Source: Diadema antillarum (Eukaryota). From it: DNA of 64,000 bases. Under the pieces are notes generated by a model. The model was not told the DNA's origin. It did not search any database and saw nothing but the letters and a program-made list of their open reading frames with translations. Shown in pieces: positions 1-13,603 of the stretch. The position numbers were made by a program, and so were the translations under genes. The DNA lies in the NCBI RefSeq assembly GCF_040938485.1, contig NW_027271058.1, forward strand, positions 434,001 through 498,000, written 5' to 3'. Within the stretch, counting starts at the first letter, position 1. Each line of letters starts with the position of its first letter.

Positions 1-199
1 ATATGCACAGATGTCACCGGGCACACCCGAAACGCCAAAGACCTATCTTGCCTCGCATAAAGGTGACATAAAGTTTGTATGTTTGAGTCACCAGTGAGTG
101 ATGTCTGTTGCCATCAAACACAAAGTCATCCACTTTCTGTGGAGACCTAGGATAATATACAAGACGATAAGTGAAAGGATCAGCTTTAGGGGTGTAAAT

Positions 200-410
200 G
201 AGGAAGGTTACAATCCGTTATTCTGAAGGTTCGTTGATTCGAAAATGAAAAAAAAAAAGAAAGACAGAAAGACAGAAACAAAAAAGATTTGTATTACGAA
301 AGCTCGTCTAGTAAGCTACGCACCTTTTTTTCGGATTTCCCAACCTTCGGAATGACGAACCCTGATACATCTTCGCATTAAGAAACGTTCGGAATAATGA
401 ACATCACCTC
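200..410. mobile_element. MITE built of aggttcgttattccgaa-type repeats (second copy at 22066-22324)
   Basis: Both copies begin ggaaggttaca and end gaacatcacc, with inverted arrays of the motif. Confidence 0.65.
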
Positions 411-2499
411 CGAGAAAATACCTGTACTGATACATCTTGTAATGCGACCCTATAATTATGTAAGACATAGGAGGTAGTCCTAGTTCATAAGATCGCATAT
501 ACGATAAAACCTCCGCAAAGTTAAAGCCCCTTTATATCTCAGCGTCCATCATCTGACTAGAATGTGATTTCCTAAATTTTCAAAATCTTAGCTCGAATGG
601 CCATGAAATTGCTGAAGTGAAAGCCCAAATGATAGTAAATATTACCCACGGAACGTGACACAATAATGAGTTCTGTACGCGTTGGAGGTCTGATCTTGCC
701 TAGAATAGGAAATCCCTTTGTACTATGTTCATAAAAATAGAACTGATTACAGGTGTTAATTACTTCTAATTGATAGTGCAGACTTCTGATGATAAGCACA
801 GAGTATTGGTCACTGCATTGCACAGTGCAACACAAACAAGACAGATTTTTACCATAACAAGTTAAAAGTGAAACAAAAATCTTCTTTGCTGGCAGTATAA
901 ACGCTATACTCCAGAGCGTGAGAACTAATACCGAATCCAAAACTTTCTTTAAAAGTGAGAGTGTATAGAGTTTTCTAGTGCATGGGAAAAACGCTTCACC
1001 GAGCAGCAATCAGTAGCAAATGAAAATAGATCACAAGAGGCTGGTAGGTTCCTGTCCCAAGAATGATTAACCTGTGGAACGAGATAAAATTTGGTATTAA
1101 GGACGAAGGAAAGAGGCCGTTGCGTGCCACCCGACCCTTTCGGCCCACCCGATTAAAGCAAAACTCCACTCTGTTAAATAATAATGAACGTCTGATAGAA
1201 TAATAAAAATGATACACTTTTGAAGCTCTATATCTTTTAACTCTTGATTTCATTTTTTTTTAAGTAAGCATGATAGGAAGATTTATGACAGTGTAAGAAA
1301 AGTGCCCAGTGAATAACAAGAAAGTTTTCAGCAAGATAGTATTCGAGATTCAATTTTTTTGTTTGTGTGTTTGTTTGCTTTTATTTCTACATTCAATCAG
1401 ATGCAATTTGAATGCAAACTTCAAAAAGTACAAAGACAAAGAATAACAAGTGCAGTGAAATAAATCGATAACAGTACATAAATAGATACTCATAGGTGAT
1501 TGCATTGAGCAATGTAGATACACAAAAACATAAAATAAGATTATACAGTATTTTTCAGTAAACAACAGAGATCATTGAATGCAGGAGACCACCATCATAA
1601 GCGATTAAGCTTGAAATGGATGGAGGCCTCATAAAATGACTATCCAACGACATAACTCTCTTGGAGGAAGGTGATCAGGTGAGTGCAGTGCAGTTGCAGG
1701 TGAGAGTGCAAGATGCAGTTGAAGGAAGAAAATAGAGATTGACAATAAGATGACAATCTATACTATAAATATTTGTTAGCTCAATTGGTTTGGAGAATAA
1801 ATTGTATCAAATATCGTTTTAAATAATGTTTTTCGTCCTGTTGTTGAATCAGATGTAAGTAATTTTGCTTTGAAATTTGATGTAGAATAAGTCATCTGGT
1901 AATGATGAAATGAGAGCAAGATACTTTTTTATGTTTGATGTATAATGACTAATTATTTGTGTAATATCTTTCACTCTAAATTTGAGGAAGCAATCTTTCC
2001 AAACGTCATGAAATTGCCGAGGTGACACCTGTCATTGATTGTAGAGCAAAAATCCACTCAATAATCACATTCTAGTCTCTATATCCTATCTGTTCTTAGT
2101 CAGCACTAAAAGAAAGCCGTTTTGATTAATATATTTCTTTTATTGATAAGCATAATGTTGCGTGTGATAAAAATCCGGTTCTAGAGAAAGTCACATGGTT
2201 CTAGAGAAAGTCACGTGCCTACTAATGCACCTTTTGCTTTTACAGAATATGTTTAGATTTGACATACAACTTTAGAACACAAATCAGCGACAGTTCAATT
2301 GATAATTTTTTTTTATTTGTATATTTACTCAGTAATAACAACTGTTTGGAAATACGGTATAAGTGTTTACAAACGTAAAATGTACAATTTATTGAAAGCC
2401 ATGCAGAGATTTGTTGAAAATGGAATATACCCTTACGTTAGTGAATAGAAATCATATTTTTATTACACACATGAAGATTGCGTTGATCATTAACTTTAA

Positions 2500-2830
2500 T
2501 TAATGATTTAAGCACTGGAATGCTGCGATAGGGCAATCGTAATATGTAAAGATAATTTAAAGGTTCAATATGAAATAATCTCAGGAGGTGTTCCTACAGG
2601 TTCATACCTGGAACAACTCCTGTTTTTAATTCATATCAAATATTTCCAAAACGTTGGCAATAGATAATCTTTCATTTTATTTGCTGATGATATTCTACTA
2701 GTCTTCTTATCTCATGTAAAAGATATCAAAAATTTGAATTATGTTTTAAAATCTGAAATGAAAACAATTTATTCATGGTTTTTAGCTAACAAATTGCAAA
2801 GCAACTTCTATAAAACATGACATATAATTT
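2500..2830 (+). mobile_element. Highly degenerate L2/Crack-type LINE reverse transcriptase remnant
   Basis: Translates GVPTGSYLEQLLFLIHI..FILFADD..WFLANKLQSN..KT, matching the GVPQGSxLGPLLF / FADD / WFxANKL pattern. Confidence 0.75.
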
Positions 2831-3491
2831 TCAAATCATGCTAAAATGTGATGTTGAAAAATTCGTTGTTTATTGTTTCCACATGCAGTTGTTATTAAAC
2901 TGTGTTTATGTTGAGCACTAGCTGCCATATATCTACGACTGACACAGACAAAATTGTTCACAAAATTGTAATTGTTGATACGAAGCAACTAAAGACAAAG
3001 TGTAACCTCCTAATCAAGTTATTGTATTGAAATGTAACAGTTTTTTATCGGGTGAGGGTTAAAGCTGCTGATGTATTGATCAAAATATGTTTTCTTTTTA
3101 AAAAAATCATGCTTTATGTGAACACAAATGCGGCAAGGGTTGTCAGTGGAGCCGCTTTGACATCTGTTGGCAAAACTTCTACGAAGGAGAAATATTAATG
3201 TCTCTTGATGTGCTCCTGGAATTCGCGCATTTCAAAGACCTGCGAAGTACTATCGGCTAGTTCCGTCAATCAAAAAGTATCTTCTTTCAGCAAAAGCCGC
3301 TGATTACTGTATACAGCATAAACCACCAGTGATCATACGTCACAATGATAACGGAAGTGGATGTGAGCACGAGGTGGCGCTGTACCAATGCATACTTGGT
3401 ATTTCGTCGCCATGGTATCGCAGATGATGTGTGTTGGGGAATCCGAGCGAGGCACATACTAGTAGCCGAATCCTGTTTAGCGTTATGATAA

Positions 3492-4193
3492 GTCCCTGTC
3501 ACACTGTGCCGAATAAGGCAAACGCATGAGAAACGAATGTCGATTTTTGGCATCCGTTGATATCCGTTAAAATGCGTTTCATGTCCTTTTTATCCTTTGG
3601 ATGGACGTTTATCTTCCGGTGATTGCCGTCAGAGCGGCCAGAAAACTTTATGCATGCACTTGTTAGTTTGTTTTTGTGGATTTTTATTCATTTATTTTAT
3701 TTTTTGGCCAAAAACGGATAGCGCGATCTGACCCTAGTCCGATAGTTGTAAATTTTCTCCTGTATCTGTACTGAACTTTGTAGTTTATCACGCGTCTCCA
3801 TCCGCTAGACCTCCTGTAAAATCCGGTGGTGCAACTTGACATAGAAAGGATGGAATGGCTATGTACATAACACACCAAACGCATACGCACGGTTCTCTGA
3901 CGTTTGATATACATCTCATGCGTCACCCGTTTGTTCCTCGTGTGATTTGTCCTGTGGGCATGCGGTTCATATTTGTTTCTCATGCGTTGTGCGCACGTTC
4001 TACTGTCCTGTACACGATCGCCCAGGGCGTTGTTTGTTCGTTTTGTTCGGCCTGTAGACCGTGCATGCACGCTCCTCTAAAACAGAAACTTTACACTAAC
4101 TTTGTCTACCGGATTGACGATTTGAACAACGGATGAGCAAAATATCACCCGTTTCACGTACGGTGGGTCTGTCCGGCAAAGTGTGACAGGGGC
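3492..4193. mobile_element. Non-autonomous DNA transposon (Harbinger-like termini)
   Basis: TIRs ccctgtcacactgtgccg / cggcaaagtgtgacaggg; TSD not clearly resolved. Confidence 0.7.
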
Positions 4194-4394
4194 TTTTAAA
4201 CGCCCCAAAGATTTCAGACGCGCAATGTGCATGTAGTGAAGGACCGATCAGCTCTGCCATTTCCACGGCATCCATTTCTACATGATAACGTTGATAGCAC
4301 AATACATTCATTAATCAATTAGAAGTAATATTCATGGAAACGATATGTCTTCATATTTCTTTCAATAAGAAGCACTGGACATGGCATATCTGAC

Positions 4395-4680
4395 GCACAA
4401 GTGGAGATTAGTCATCTCAAGCACCGCAATGTATGAGATAAGACAATAAATCTTTAGCAGACTGGCGCAGGTTCGAATTCAGCCCATAGTCCGTTATAAA
4501 TACGTTCATCCTAGGACGAGATGCGTTGCTCACCATGTTCCTCTTAGCACAGATGTATAAATGAGTCCCTGGAAATAATGGTGGAGTAATATGGCAGGAC
4601 TTTCTGGGGGAGCAGTAAAAAAAAGTAGAAAGACTTCCTGCGTAAATAAGATTCTATTAGCATATAAGAACATTCTCTAC
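4395..4680 (+). mobile_element. tRNA-derived SINE (degenerate)
   Basis: B-box-like ggttcgaattc at 4470; core caccatgttcctcttagcacagatgtataaatgagt resembles the two other copies. Confidence 0.6.
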
Positions 4681-5015
4681 ATGCAGGACTTGTAATAGCA
4701 TTACCACTTGCGTTGAATCACTCAGTAGATGATTTCGAGGCTATGACTTTTGGCGATAATGATAATAATGATAATGATACCATAATGAATTATTGCTTAT
4801 GATGACAATAGTAATGATAATAGCAATAATAGTGATGATAAATTAAGCACTTGTAGTGATAGTAGATAAGAATTGTTGACCATCGTCAGCTGTGCAACGA
4901 GTAATCTTCGAAAAATGATTTCGCTGACACCTGCAGTATGACTGAGCACCTGCTTAGTACATTTTCTTGCTTCCATATTATGATTCATCTGAATGTGAAC
5001 AGAGCAGACATTTAA

Positions 5016-5102
5016 ACCTGTGGAAGAGTAGTCCCGAGTGTACTCGGGCAGGTGTCTATAATATGGAAAACGTGTATGCAAAATCAGTCCGTCCTCAACA
5101 GG
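5016..5102. mobile_element. ~90-bp piggyBac-like MITE (related copies at 50966-51052 and ~54366-54450)
   Basis: TTAA flank(s), CC..GG termini, shared ccgagtgtactcggg / gtgtctat..aaaatcag core. Confidence 0.6.
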
Positions 5103-6042
5103 TATGATGTGCAGTTGTTGTTTTCCCCTTCTCACGAAAGGAAATAACACTATCGGACTATGCCACTTCCTTCTTTTCCGTACAACCAGTACAACCGCCT
5201 TACTTGCTCCAGTAGTCAAGTTAGTTAGTATCAACCTTATGAGGCCAAGCTCGATCGTGCTTCTGTGCGGACATGGTAGTATTCATTCCAAGAACCTCTG
5301 AAGAGTAGCACATGGACTACTGTATTTAATAGCTTGACCATGTTTTGATGCTGTTCTGCTACTTACGTGACTTAGAGCTAATATTGCAACATTTAACTCA
5401 TTATAGAAAATGTTGCAGCAATTTCATGACATCTTTTTTTTCCAATTCATTTCATTCCGTATCTGATGGATGCTGTCGGGTCAAGTGTAAGGGGAAAAAA
5501 CGAGCATTATTTGTTTTAAAACCGCCTCAGGTCATAAAGCTCGTCAGTGCTGTGAAAACTCACCTGTTAATATTCGAAATACATTGTCACACTTTCAGAC
5601 TCTGCACGTGAATCAGAAATTACAGCTCTTTCCATCTCAAAAGAGAGAACGAGTCGTTATATTGTTAAGAGGGGGAGGGGGAGGTCATCACGGTGCAGAA
5701 TTAAAGTTCATTTTCTTTTGGAAATGTCAAAATCTAGTGCGAATATAAATGCAAATCTTATCAAATAGTAAACGCATTACATCAAGTCTTGACAAGAGGA
5801 TCTTATTGTTAGCCGGAATGTACATGAGATTTTCTTTTTCATTGTTATGAATCAAAAGGGACTGGTTAACACACGATTGTCTCTTTAAATTCTAATTGGA
5901 ACTAACAAGTAGTGCAGTATGAAAGTGGTTGCGTCACAATGGCACGGCGATATTTATTATGACAGCCAATACTTGTTTTGAAGTATGAATTAGCCTCTTT
6001 CAAAGACCATTTAGGAGATTGTCAGTGTTGACAATCGCGAGT

Positions 6043-6462
6043 GAACCCAGCCGAAGAGCCGAAGAGCCGAAGAGCCTAAGCCGAGCTCTTCAGTCCGAGG
6101 GCTTTTGATGCGGCTTGCCTAGCCTTTCGCCACGACCCTCTGTTCGCTTCCCTCGATGGCGTTCGACAAACGCCAGTTAAAAATGATCCCTGCACCCACC
6201 GATCATTTTCGAAACGATAATCATATCACCGACATTCATGGGGATTGTCCGTGCCGACAATTGCAAGTGAGCCGAAGAGCCGAGGATCCGAAGAGTCGAA
6301 GTCGAACTCGTCTGTCCGAGGGCTCTTGCTGCGGCTTGCCTCTCCTCACAACCCTCTGTTCGCTTCCCTAGAGGGCATTTGACAAATGCCAGTTAAAGAT
6401 GATCCATAGCTCCACCGATCATTTTCGAAACGATAATCGTATCACGTCGGACATTGAGGGAT
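6043..6462. repeat. Diverged tandem duplication of a ~210-bp unit with (gagccgaa)n heads
   Basis: ~6043-6243 and ~6267-6462 share gtccgagggc..gcggcttgcct..accctctgttcgcttccct..ccgatcattttcgaaacgataatc. Confidence 0.85.
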
Positions 6463-9400
6463 CTAGTTCATGGTTAATTGGATGTCAAAACTTGGCCAAC
6501 TTTCACCTTGATTACTGACAAATGCGCGCTTTGAGACCATCAGTGGCTTTCGGAAAGCCTGTTCGGCGATACTCGAAACATCGTTTATCAGAAATGTCTC
6601 CTGGAACTTTCCTCTCCACTATGGTATGATAGGAGGCGCAAGACGTGAAAGCAGTGGACATGAACAAAATGCATTTGCAGACAAAATGATGAACTTTCAT
6701 GGATTGAAAGATCGAAACGTCAAGTTGGAGCCCGATCTGGAAATTTATTTCATCATTCAGCAAAAAGTCCTTTCTTAGCTGGTTGGGTTCCATGCTACAG
6801 GGAATGTGGGTCGCAGAAAACATTTGGGCTTTCAAAAACAACAACAACAACAACAACAACAACAAATGAAGAAAATGCATACAAGTCTTAGTAATCTAAC
6901 AACGGAATAATCAAAAGTGTCAAGCCATAACAAGAACAACTTATGAATTTCAGATAAACCAAGGCTCGTCCGGGATTCCGCCAAAGATTCAGCAACCCTT
7001 GCTGGGGTTAATTTTATAGTGCATAACTGTATCACAGGCTCATATTATTTCTACTTCAGCCCGGTTCGTGCTGCAGGTGTTTCGCTCCAGTTCGGAGTTG
7101 CAGTCTGCGCATGAGCAGATGAGTGTCATCTGAGAAAAAACGACGTAATGCAAGTTCAGTGAATGCTACACAGAAGTTGTAATGAACAATGTGCACGGAC
7201 TGCGCCTAAACGGTTTCTTCATACGTTGCAGTGAAAGTACATTTTTTTAAACATTTATAATATAAAAGCAGGATGGATTACCCTGGTGGGTAATACTTCG
7301 GACTTTTGCAACTATTTTGTTTCGATGGTTTAAATTCGGGGTGGTTCGAACCATTGCTAACTTCGAACTGGTCTAACAAGAGAGAATAACATGTAAATAC
7401 AGTTAAACCTTTTGACAGTGCATATCTGTCACATGACCCACACTCTCCCTGTAAGCCATCACCTACATCATTCGTACCCAGACTACACTGGATAAAAAGA
7501 GTATAGAATAATAATCATGTACTAATAGCCCTACTAATATTGATGATTATAAATACTGATAATTGATTGAAATTTCATACAGAATATCAATGCTATCATG
7601 CATCGATGAAAATGCTGTATTGATTTTGTGTAATTCATTATGATGTATTCAAATGTTTATTTGCAATTACGTTTTTGTTGGAAATGAAATACTAGTGAGT
7701 AAACCAAATGGCCGACAATTATAATGCTTACACTTCAGTAGGTATGATAATGTATGTCGCAATGTGAATACAGGTAGCATAAATTGAATGTTCCTTGGGT
7801 CAATGAATGGTTGGGATCAAAAGCTCAGCAATGAAATGGCAACACTCTGTAGCTACCTCGTGACTGTGTAATAATTCAAAGCAGAGCGAAAGTGAAAGTG
7901 TCCCTGTTCTTGTGACACTTGTCCATTGTTCAGCAAGTAGAATAATTCATCGTGTGAAACCAATTTCTTTGCACCTGCCTGTTATGCTGCGGTACAAAAA
8001 CAAAAACAAAAACCCGAAAGCAAAATCCGGCGTGTGTGCCAAAAAACCTTGTCCATATCTATAAGAGTGGCGCTGAATTCTGACAAAATGGAGTGAAACA
8101 GCGCAGGTAAATCTGGAAAAGAAATCGGAACAATCAGTGGGATGATAAAACCGCAGTCATCCGTCCCATCTAGGGTTTTCCCATCAGAACGAGCAACTTC
8201 GCTTTGACTGTAGTTTGAACTATCTAGCCGAGAACGCAAGTTATTGTCTTGCAGTGATATGTACGATGAATAAGATATACTTTAAAACACATCAGCCATA
8301 ATCATGATAATCTTCGTGATTCGTGCGTTAAAGATCCATGCATATCTATTCTACTCTCTGAATCAATTGGAAAATTCTCGCTCATTTGACGATGCAAGGA
8401 CTTACGGTGGGAGCACTACATATCCTCAAGTGGCAAACTTTTGAAAAGAACTTCACGCATGCGCAAAAGTGAAAGGGGCACGTGCCCATTCAGAAAAGAA
8501 ATTAAACTACACCGCAGATCTTTACGAAATGCAACAATTCCATTGCAGTCTTACCAGAGCGAGGCATGTGCTATATAGTCAACATTATGTATAGCCCATC
8601 TAATTTCATACTGTCGATTCATTGTGCGAAATCATTTCTTTCACTTTTGTCTCCTTAGCTTATTCAGCGGTTGTGCCTTCATTATGATTATTACTAATAT
8701 GTTGCCAATAGCATTTCGTCACTCACTTTTGAGAAAAGAAACTATTGAATGCACTCAAACTCTCAAACTTTGGTTTCAGTTAACACAGCTGTAATTCTGG
8801 CCTCATATTATAGATCATATTTTAGTGCATATTTTGTGGAGCACAAACGGGCCTCTTCACAAACATATATACTCAGTACCATATGTTCTTTATTCAACTG
8901 AAATTATGTGATTATTATCTATGGTGACCATTGATAGGTGCACAGATTCCGTGATTGTTATATTCATGAATTTGATGAATATTGTGTGTTTGTATATTGT
9001 ATAAGTAATTGATTTTATACAACATCCTTTAGTGAGTATACTGTAGTAGTATGATAGAACGTAATGTTATAGTGTTTGGTTGTGATCCTCTCATCCCATC
9101 TTTTCTCTAGTATTTTTGATACTTTGTCATATTATATCAATTTGTGAAAGCTGCATATCACTGTTTGCTTCGTTTCGTAAAGTTTTTGTTTTCCATAGGT
9201 TTGTGTGCATATTGTCTCTGTTTCTGTGAGGTTGGAACTCACATCTTTTCGTACACTCACACTGTGAATGTTGTCTTACATTGCAAATAGATGCTTTCAT
9301 TTACCGATTAACATTTCACAGCAACTCAAAACATTCTAACAATTCAAGGAAATCATAGTGTTTGGGTTAAAAACATGAGACAACATTAAGCCGTACACTA

Positions 9401-10369
9401 CACCAAACTAGTTGAAGACGCTTTATGGCGCAAGTAAAACAGTTCCATCCCAATTCGTTTGCTGTGTCTTTATCAGCATAAAGATAATCCAAGCTCCAGC
9501 ACAGTTTTTCCAAAGCTGCCAATATCCACTTCATTAACTTTCAATATCTCTCCCGTTGGGCAAGTGCCGTGTTTAGTTTCATAACATCGTTTCGATAATC
9601 CACGCTCTGGTTAATGAGAATGTAGCATGGGAAAAGACACATTACATATACAGCGCAGGCATGATGTCGTGACACCTGCGTTGGAAGTTTGGGGCCAACA
9701 GGTTTCTTCCGCTCTGAAAAACATCCTGCCACCGCTTAGATTTCAAGCGAATCCGAGAATCTCTTCCTGATGTTTTAGTTTGATTTCTTTCCTTTGATAA
9801 AGTTTCATTCTTTTGTGTTTTCTCTATTCGTTTGTTGTCCCTTTTTTTTGGGGGGGGGGGGGGAGCTCGGGTCGATGCGAAGAAATAATATCCCAAGGCT
9901 TCGTATAAGAGTGAAAGAGAATTATCCGAAAGAGCTCATTTAGTGCAATGATAGAGTGTCATTAATTGCCGACACTTAGCCTATTGTTTGGCCGTGAACA
10001 GGCCCTTCCACCTTCACTTTCACTCTCCCGCGCTCTCTCCAGCTCTCTCTCTCTCATCGCGTGAGAAAATGAGTTCTCCGGGTCTCGTAGTGGTTTGGAC
10101 CACTCTTGTCTTGATGAAGTAACATCAGTCTTTCTATATAGGACTGGCCTTTGCATATACACACTTCATTCGGTCTCTATATCTATTCCATCAATATCAT
10201 TTTCATTTTTCTCTTCACAATAATCATGATTTATGCATAAATCATGATAATGGTGACCTTAGTCACTTGACTATCAGTTTATTGATAAGACAAATGCAAG
10301 TTCTTTTAAATTCAGTCTTCAAGTATTGACCGATTCGGGTTCGTTGAGGGCAGCAGACATTTTACGGCA

Positions 10370-11298
10370 CAGGGCGCAGCCAGAGCGGGTTGATAGATAG
10401 AGTTGCGACACTGGGGTACAAAGGTCACGTCAAATAGTTCCCCCTGGTCGTCGATGTCGACGAATTATTTCTACAGGGTTTTCACATAGGCGCGCAGTAC
10501 CCGGGCCCAGCGGCAGTGTGAGATACCATTGTTGCTTGCGACGGGAGTGTGTCTTGTTTAGAAAAATTTCGTGTTTTTACGGCAATCATGTAAACTTAAT
10601 GAAGTAGAGAAAGGAGTACTTGCCTGTCGAAGTCAAGGAAACGGTTGCAAACAACCAGTAAGGATGAAATATTTTCAAAGTGATTTTAACGCTCCTGGAT
10701 GATGTTCATGGGCGAACGTCAAAATGTGAGGACGGAAATATCATGTAGTCCCACTCCTTTACAATTGTTGTTGTAATTCAAAATCCCGGGTTGTGGGTCT
10801 TTATTGTTGTTATGACGACGAGGGGAAGCTGTTTTGCACTCTCGCGTAAAACCCATGCGCGGAGCGCGCAACTCTACTTTGCGCGAGCCACGGAACAAAA
10901 TAACAATGAATGCATTGTTTGCGTCATAATAGGGTACGCGGTTTTCTAAGGTCTTATCGACATCATACGACCAGGGGGAACTATTTTGAGGGATTAACCA
11001 ATCAGCGCGAACTTCCGGTGTCGCAACTCTATCTATCAACCCGCTCTGGGCGCAGCCATAGTGGGTGTATCAGCGACCCCCCCCCCTGCTCTCCCCCACC
11101 CCGGGGCAACATGTTTATCACGCACTTGTAACAAAGGTTCGCGCACTAAGCAAGCATTCGCGCACTCAGTACGAGACGCCCATTGGCTAAAGCAGTTTTT
11201 CATTCTGCGCGCGTGCCAATGTAGGGAGAGGGGTGGGGGAGTGCGGAGGGGGGGGGGGGGGGGGGTCTGCTGATACACCCACTATGGCTGCGCCTATG
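10370..11298. mobile_element. G/C-tract MITE whose left TIR was split by the hAT MITE
   Basis: Perfect 26-bp inverted repeat ggcgcagccatagtgggtgtatcagc (11049) / gctgatacacccactatggctgcgcc (ends 11295), each followed inward by poly-C or poly-G. Confidence 0.7.
10381..11048. mobile_element. hAT-type MITE with 8-bp TSD
   Basis: TIR cagagcgggttgatagatagagttgcgacac on both ends plus a subterminal inverted block; perfect 8-bp TSD ggcgcagc (10373-10380, 11049-11056). Confidence 0.9.
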
Positions 11299-11760
11299 CT
11301 AAAAATACACATAGCGCGTCACAGAATCGGTCAATAGCCTATGATCACTTTTGGTGCTGTAAAGGCATCGCTTTCATAAGTTCTTCTGAGGTCTTCTGCT
11401 GAAGCAAACAAAATAACTTTCTTATGTACCTAAAAACCAAATGGATACCGGTGATATTACTTTTACACAGAATGCTAGAATTTCTTGCGTTTTAACGCCA
11501 GTAATATAGCATTAAACGTAAATCTCGAAATATGCACTTTAGATAGGTTCATCAGAGTATAGTACATTATATATTCCTCGTGATTTTCTTGTATGTTGCG
11601 TGAAATTGCTTGGACTTGTGCATTATGTCCATTCCGTGCCCAATAGTATTCAACAGGTGCATGTGAATAAATTATTCTCGTTTGATGGTGCAAAAAACAA
11701 ACAAACAAACAGGTAAACCCACAGCAAAATGGGAACACCGAGGTTCGATAACAACAGGTA

Positions 11761-11784
11761 CATACACACATACATACATACACA

Positions 11785-11833
<49 letters not shown>

Positions 11834-11850
11834 ACGCACACACACACATC
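11761..11850. repeat. (CA)n/(CATA)n microsatellite; others at 22458-22535, 44547-44595, 62250-62335, (GA)n 27865-27898, (CAA)n 6835-6865
   Basis: Direct observation. Confidence 0.95.
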
Positions 11851-12473
11851 AGCACAACATCATGGTAGATTATTAACATAACGCGCATGCACAAACAGAT
11901 CACACACTTTGCTCACCTTCCCAGGTGTGATTTTAAGTAAATCGCAATGGTAAACAGTTATCACATTTCGTAGTTGCAGGTGATATAAAATCGAAGATCA
12001 CACGAAAATGAGAACGTGAATGCCTAACACGGCATTTATTTTTGAAGAAAATGTCCGGAAATTGGAAGAAGGGGAAAAAAGATGCCACTGAATGTTATAT
12101 GGCTGCAGACTATCTCGTTCACCACCACGGACAGGAAGCACGGAAGTCGTACAGGTTGAACACTTCGTGAAAACCTGCAGAGCGGTACATATTATATAGA
12201 AATACAGCACGTCTTTCTCTTTTCTTTTTTTTTAATTCTGGGAAGCGGAGGACTAGCGGGTTGTCTATACAGGATGCGCATCTGTATTCGTTACGGATGC
12301 GTTAGAAATCTGAGCCGTTATAAATATTCATTCAAAAACAAAAATATAAGCGATCAGTTCACTGTAAATGCGATATGCCTGTCTCACCATGATATATACA
12401 GTGCATTCATGGCGACCCAGCATGTTTACCAGTTCATACAGAATGAGATTGGTTAGGAATGATCAGTATATGC

Positions 12474-12710
12474 NNNNNNNNNNNNNNNNNNNNNNNNNNN
12501 NNNNNNNNNNNNNNNNNNNNNNNNNNNNNNNNNNNNNNNNNNNNNNNNNNNNNNNNNNNNNNNNNNNNNNNNNNNNNNNNNNNNNNNNNNNNNNNNNNNN
12601 NNNNNNNNNNNNNNNNNNNNNNNNNNNNNNNNNNNNNNNNNNNNNNNNNNNNNNNNNNNNNNNNNNNNNNNNNNNNNNNNNNNNNNNNNNNNNNNNNNNN
12701 NNNNNNNNNT
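12474..12710. other. Assembly gap
   Basis: N run. Confidence 1.
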
Positions 12711-12953
12711 CATCATCACTATTGGGTCTTCTTTAACAATTATAGCCTCTTCAGTGTTGCCACTGCTCTACCAGAGGGCCCTGCCTTTGTTATCACCCTA
12801 GTGTTGCCAGATATACTCATTTATACACCTTGGTCGAGAGGGACATGGTGGGTAAAAACATCTTGTCCAAGGACGTAAGCACTGGACGGGATTCGCACTC
12901 GGGTCCGCCGATTTAAAGTCAAGGTCTTCTTCAATATAACGCCACAGTGCCTC
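12711..12953 (-). mobile_element. tRNA-derived SINE
   Basis: On - strand: tRNA-like head, then gtccttggacaagatg..ccctctcgaccaaggtgtataaatgagta core and a (GAT)n tail running into the gap. Confidence 0.8.
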
Positions 12954-13603
12954 CACACAATAGAGACACAAAACAAAGCGAGAAGAGAAAGCGTGACAAG
13001 CAATTATTGGTTATATCATACCGAATGAGAAAATGACGGTAGCGTATAGTATAGCGTTCATGTTGGATGATGGGATAGGACCATAATCATGCAGCGAGGT
13101 CGGAAGAACGGGAAGTTGTTTGTGAATAACACCATGACACTTCGTATGCTTGACACATGGCGTTGGAAAATTCAAATCAAATATCCCAGACTTTGTTTTG
13201 TTTAGTTACATTCGTCTTCTTCTCGTTGACACTGTAAATGTTCAGAAAACATAATAATTTCAAGTTATGATTTGTCCTTGTTTCCACGCATTCTTTCCTT
13301 TGATGCCACGAACGTCATGTCTACCACTGATTTGGAATGCAATGCACATTATACTATAATTATAAACAATAAATCGTAATGGCAATAACTTTATAAGATT
13401 AACATTACACCATCCTCACATGTTAATGATTGCCCCCAGAATCTGTGACCTTTGACCTCTGCCCCCTTATCTTTTCCTGTATAATGCCTTCCTTGCTCAT
13501 TGTATCTCTTCAGTAATCTCTTCTATAATGTTACTACAGTACTGTATGCTTGTCAGTATACTACGTTATGCTTTACGAATTTCTTCATTATACTTTTGCT
13601 GAG

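Noticed and set aside
572-1253. 145-aa and 85-aa minus-strand ORFs
   Set aside because: Composition is typical of random AT-rich DNA; no domain motifs.
4395-4500. tRNA gene (also heads at ~12880-12953 and ~44960-45030)
   Set aside because: A/B-box-like heads are degenerate and fused to a shared SINE core and tail; no complete cloverleaf.
7982-8239. 85-aa minus-strand ORF as a gene exon
   Set aside because: No recognisable motif, weak donor, and no partner exons found.
11475-11903. ORFs rich in CV/TH repeats (also 22441, 31463, 35874, 44400, 62095 etc.)
   Set aside because: These are translations of (CA)n/(TG)n microsatellites.
12368-12878. ORFs containing X runs (also 21602-21890, 58460-58750)
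   Set aside because: Artefacts of assembly gaps.
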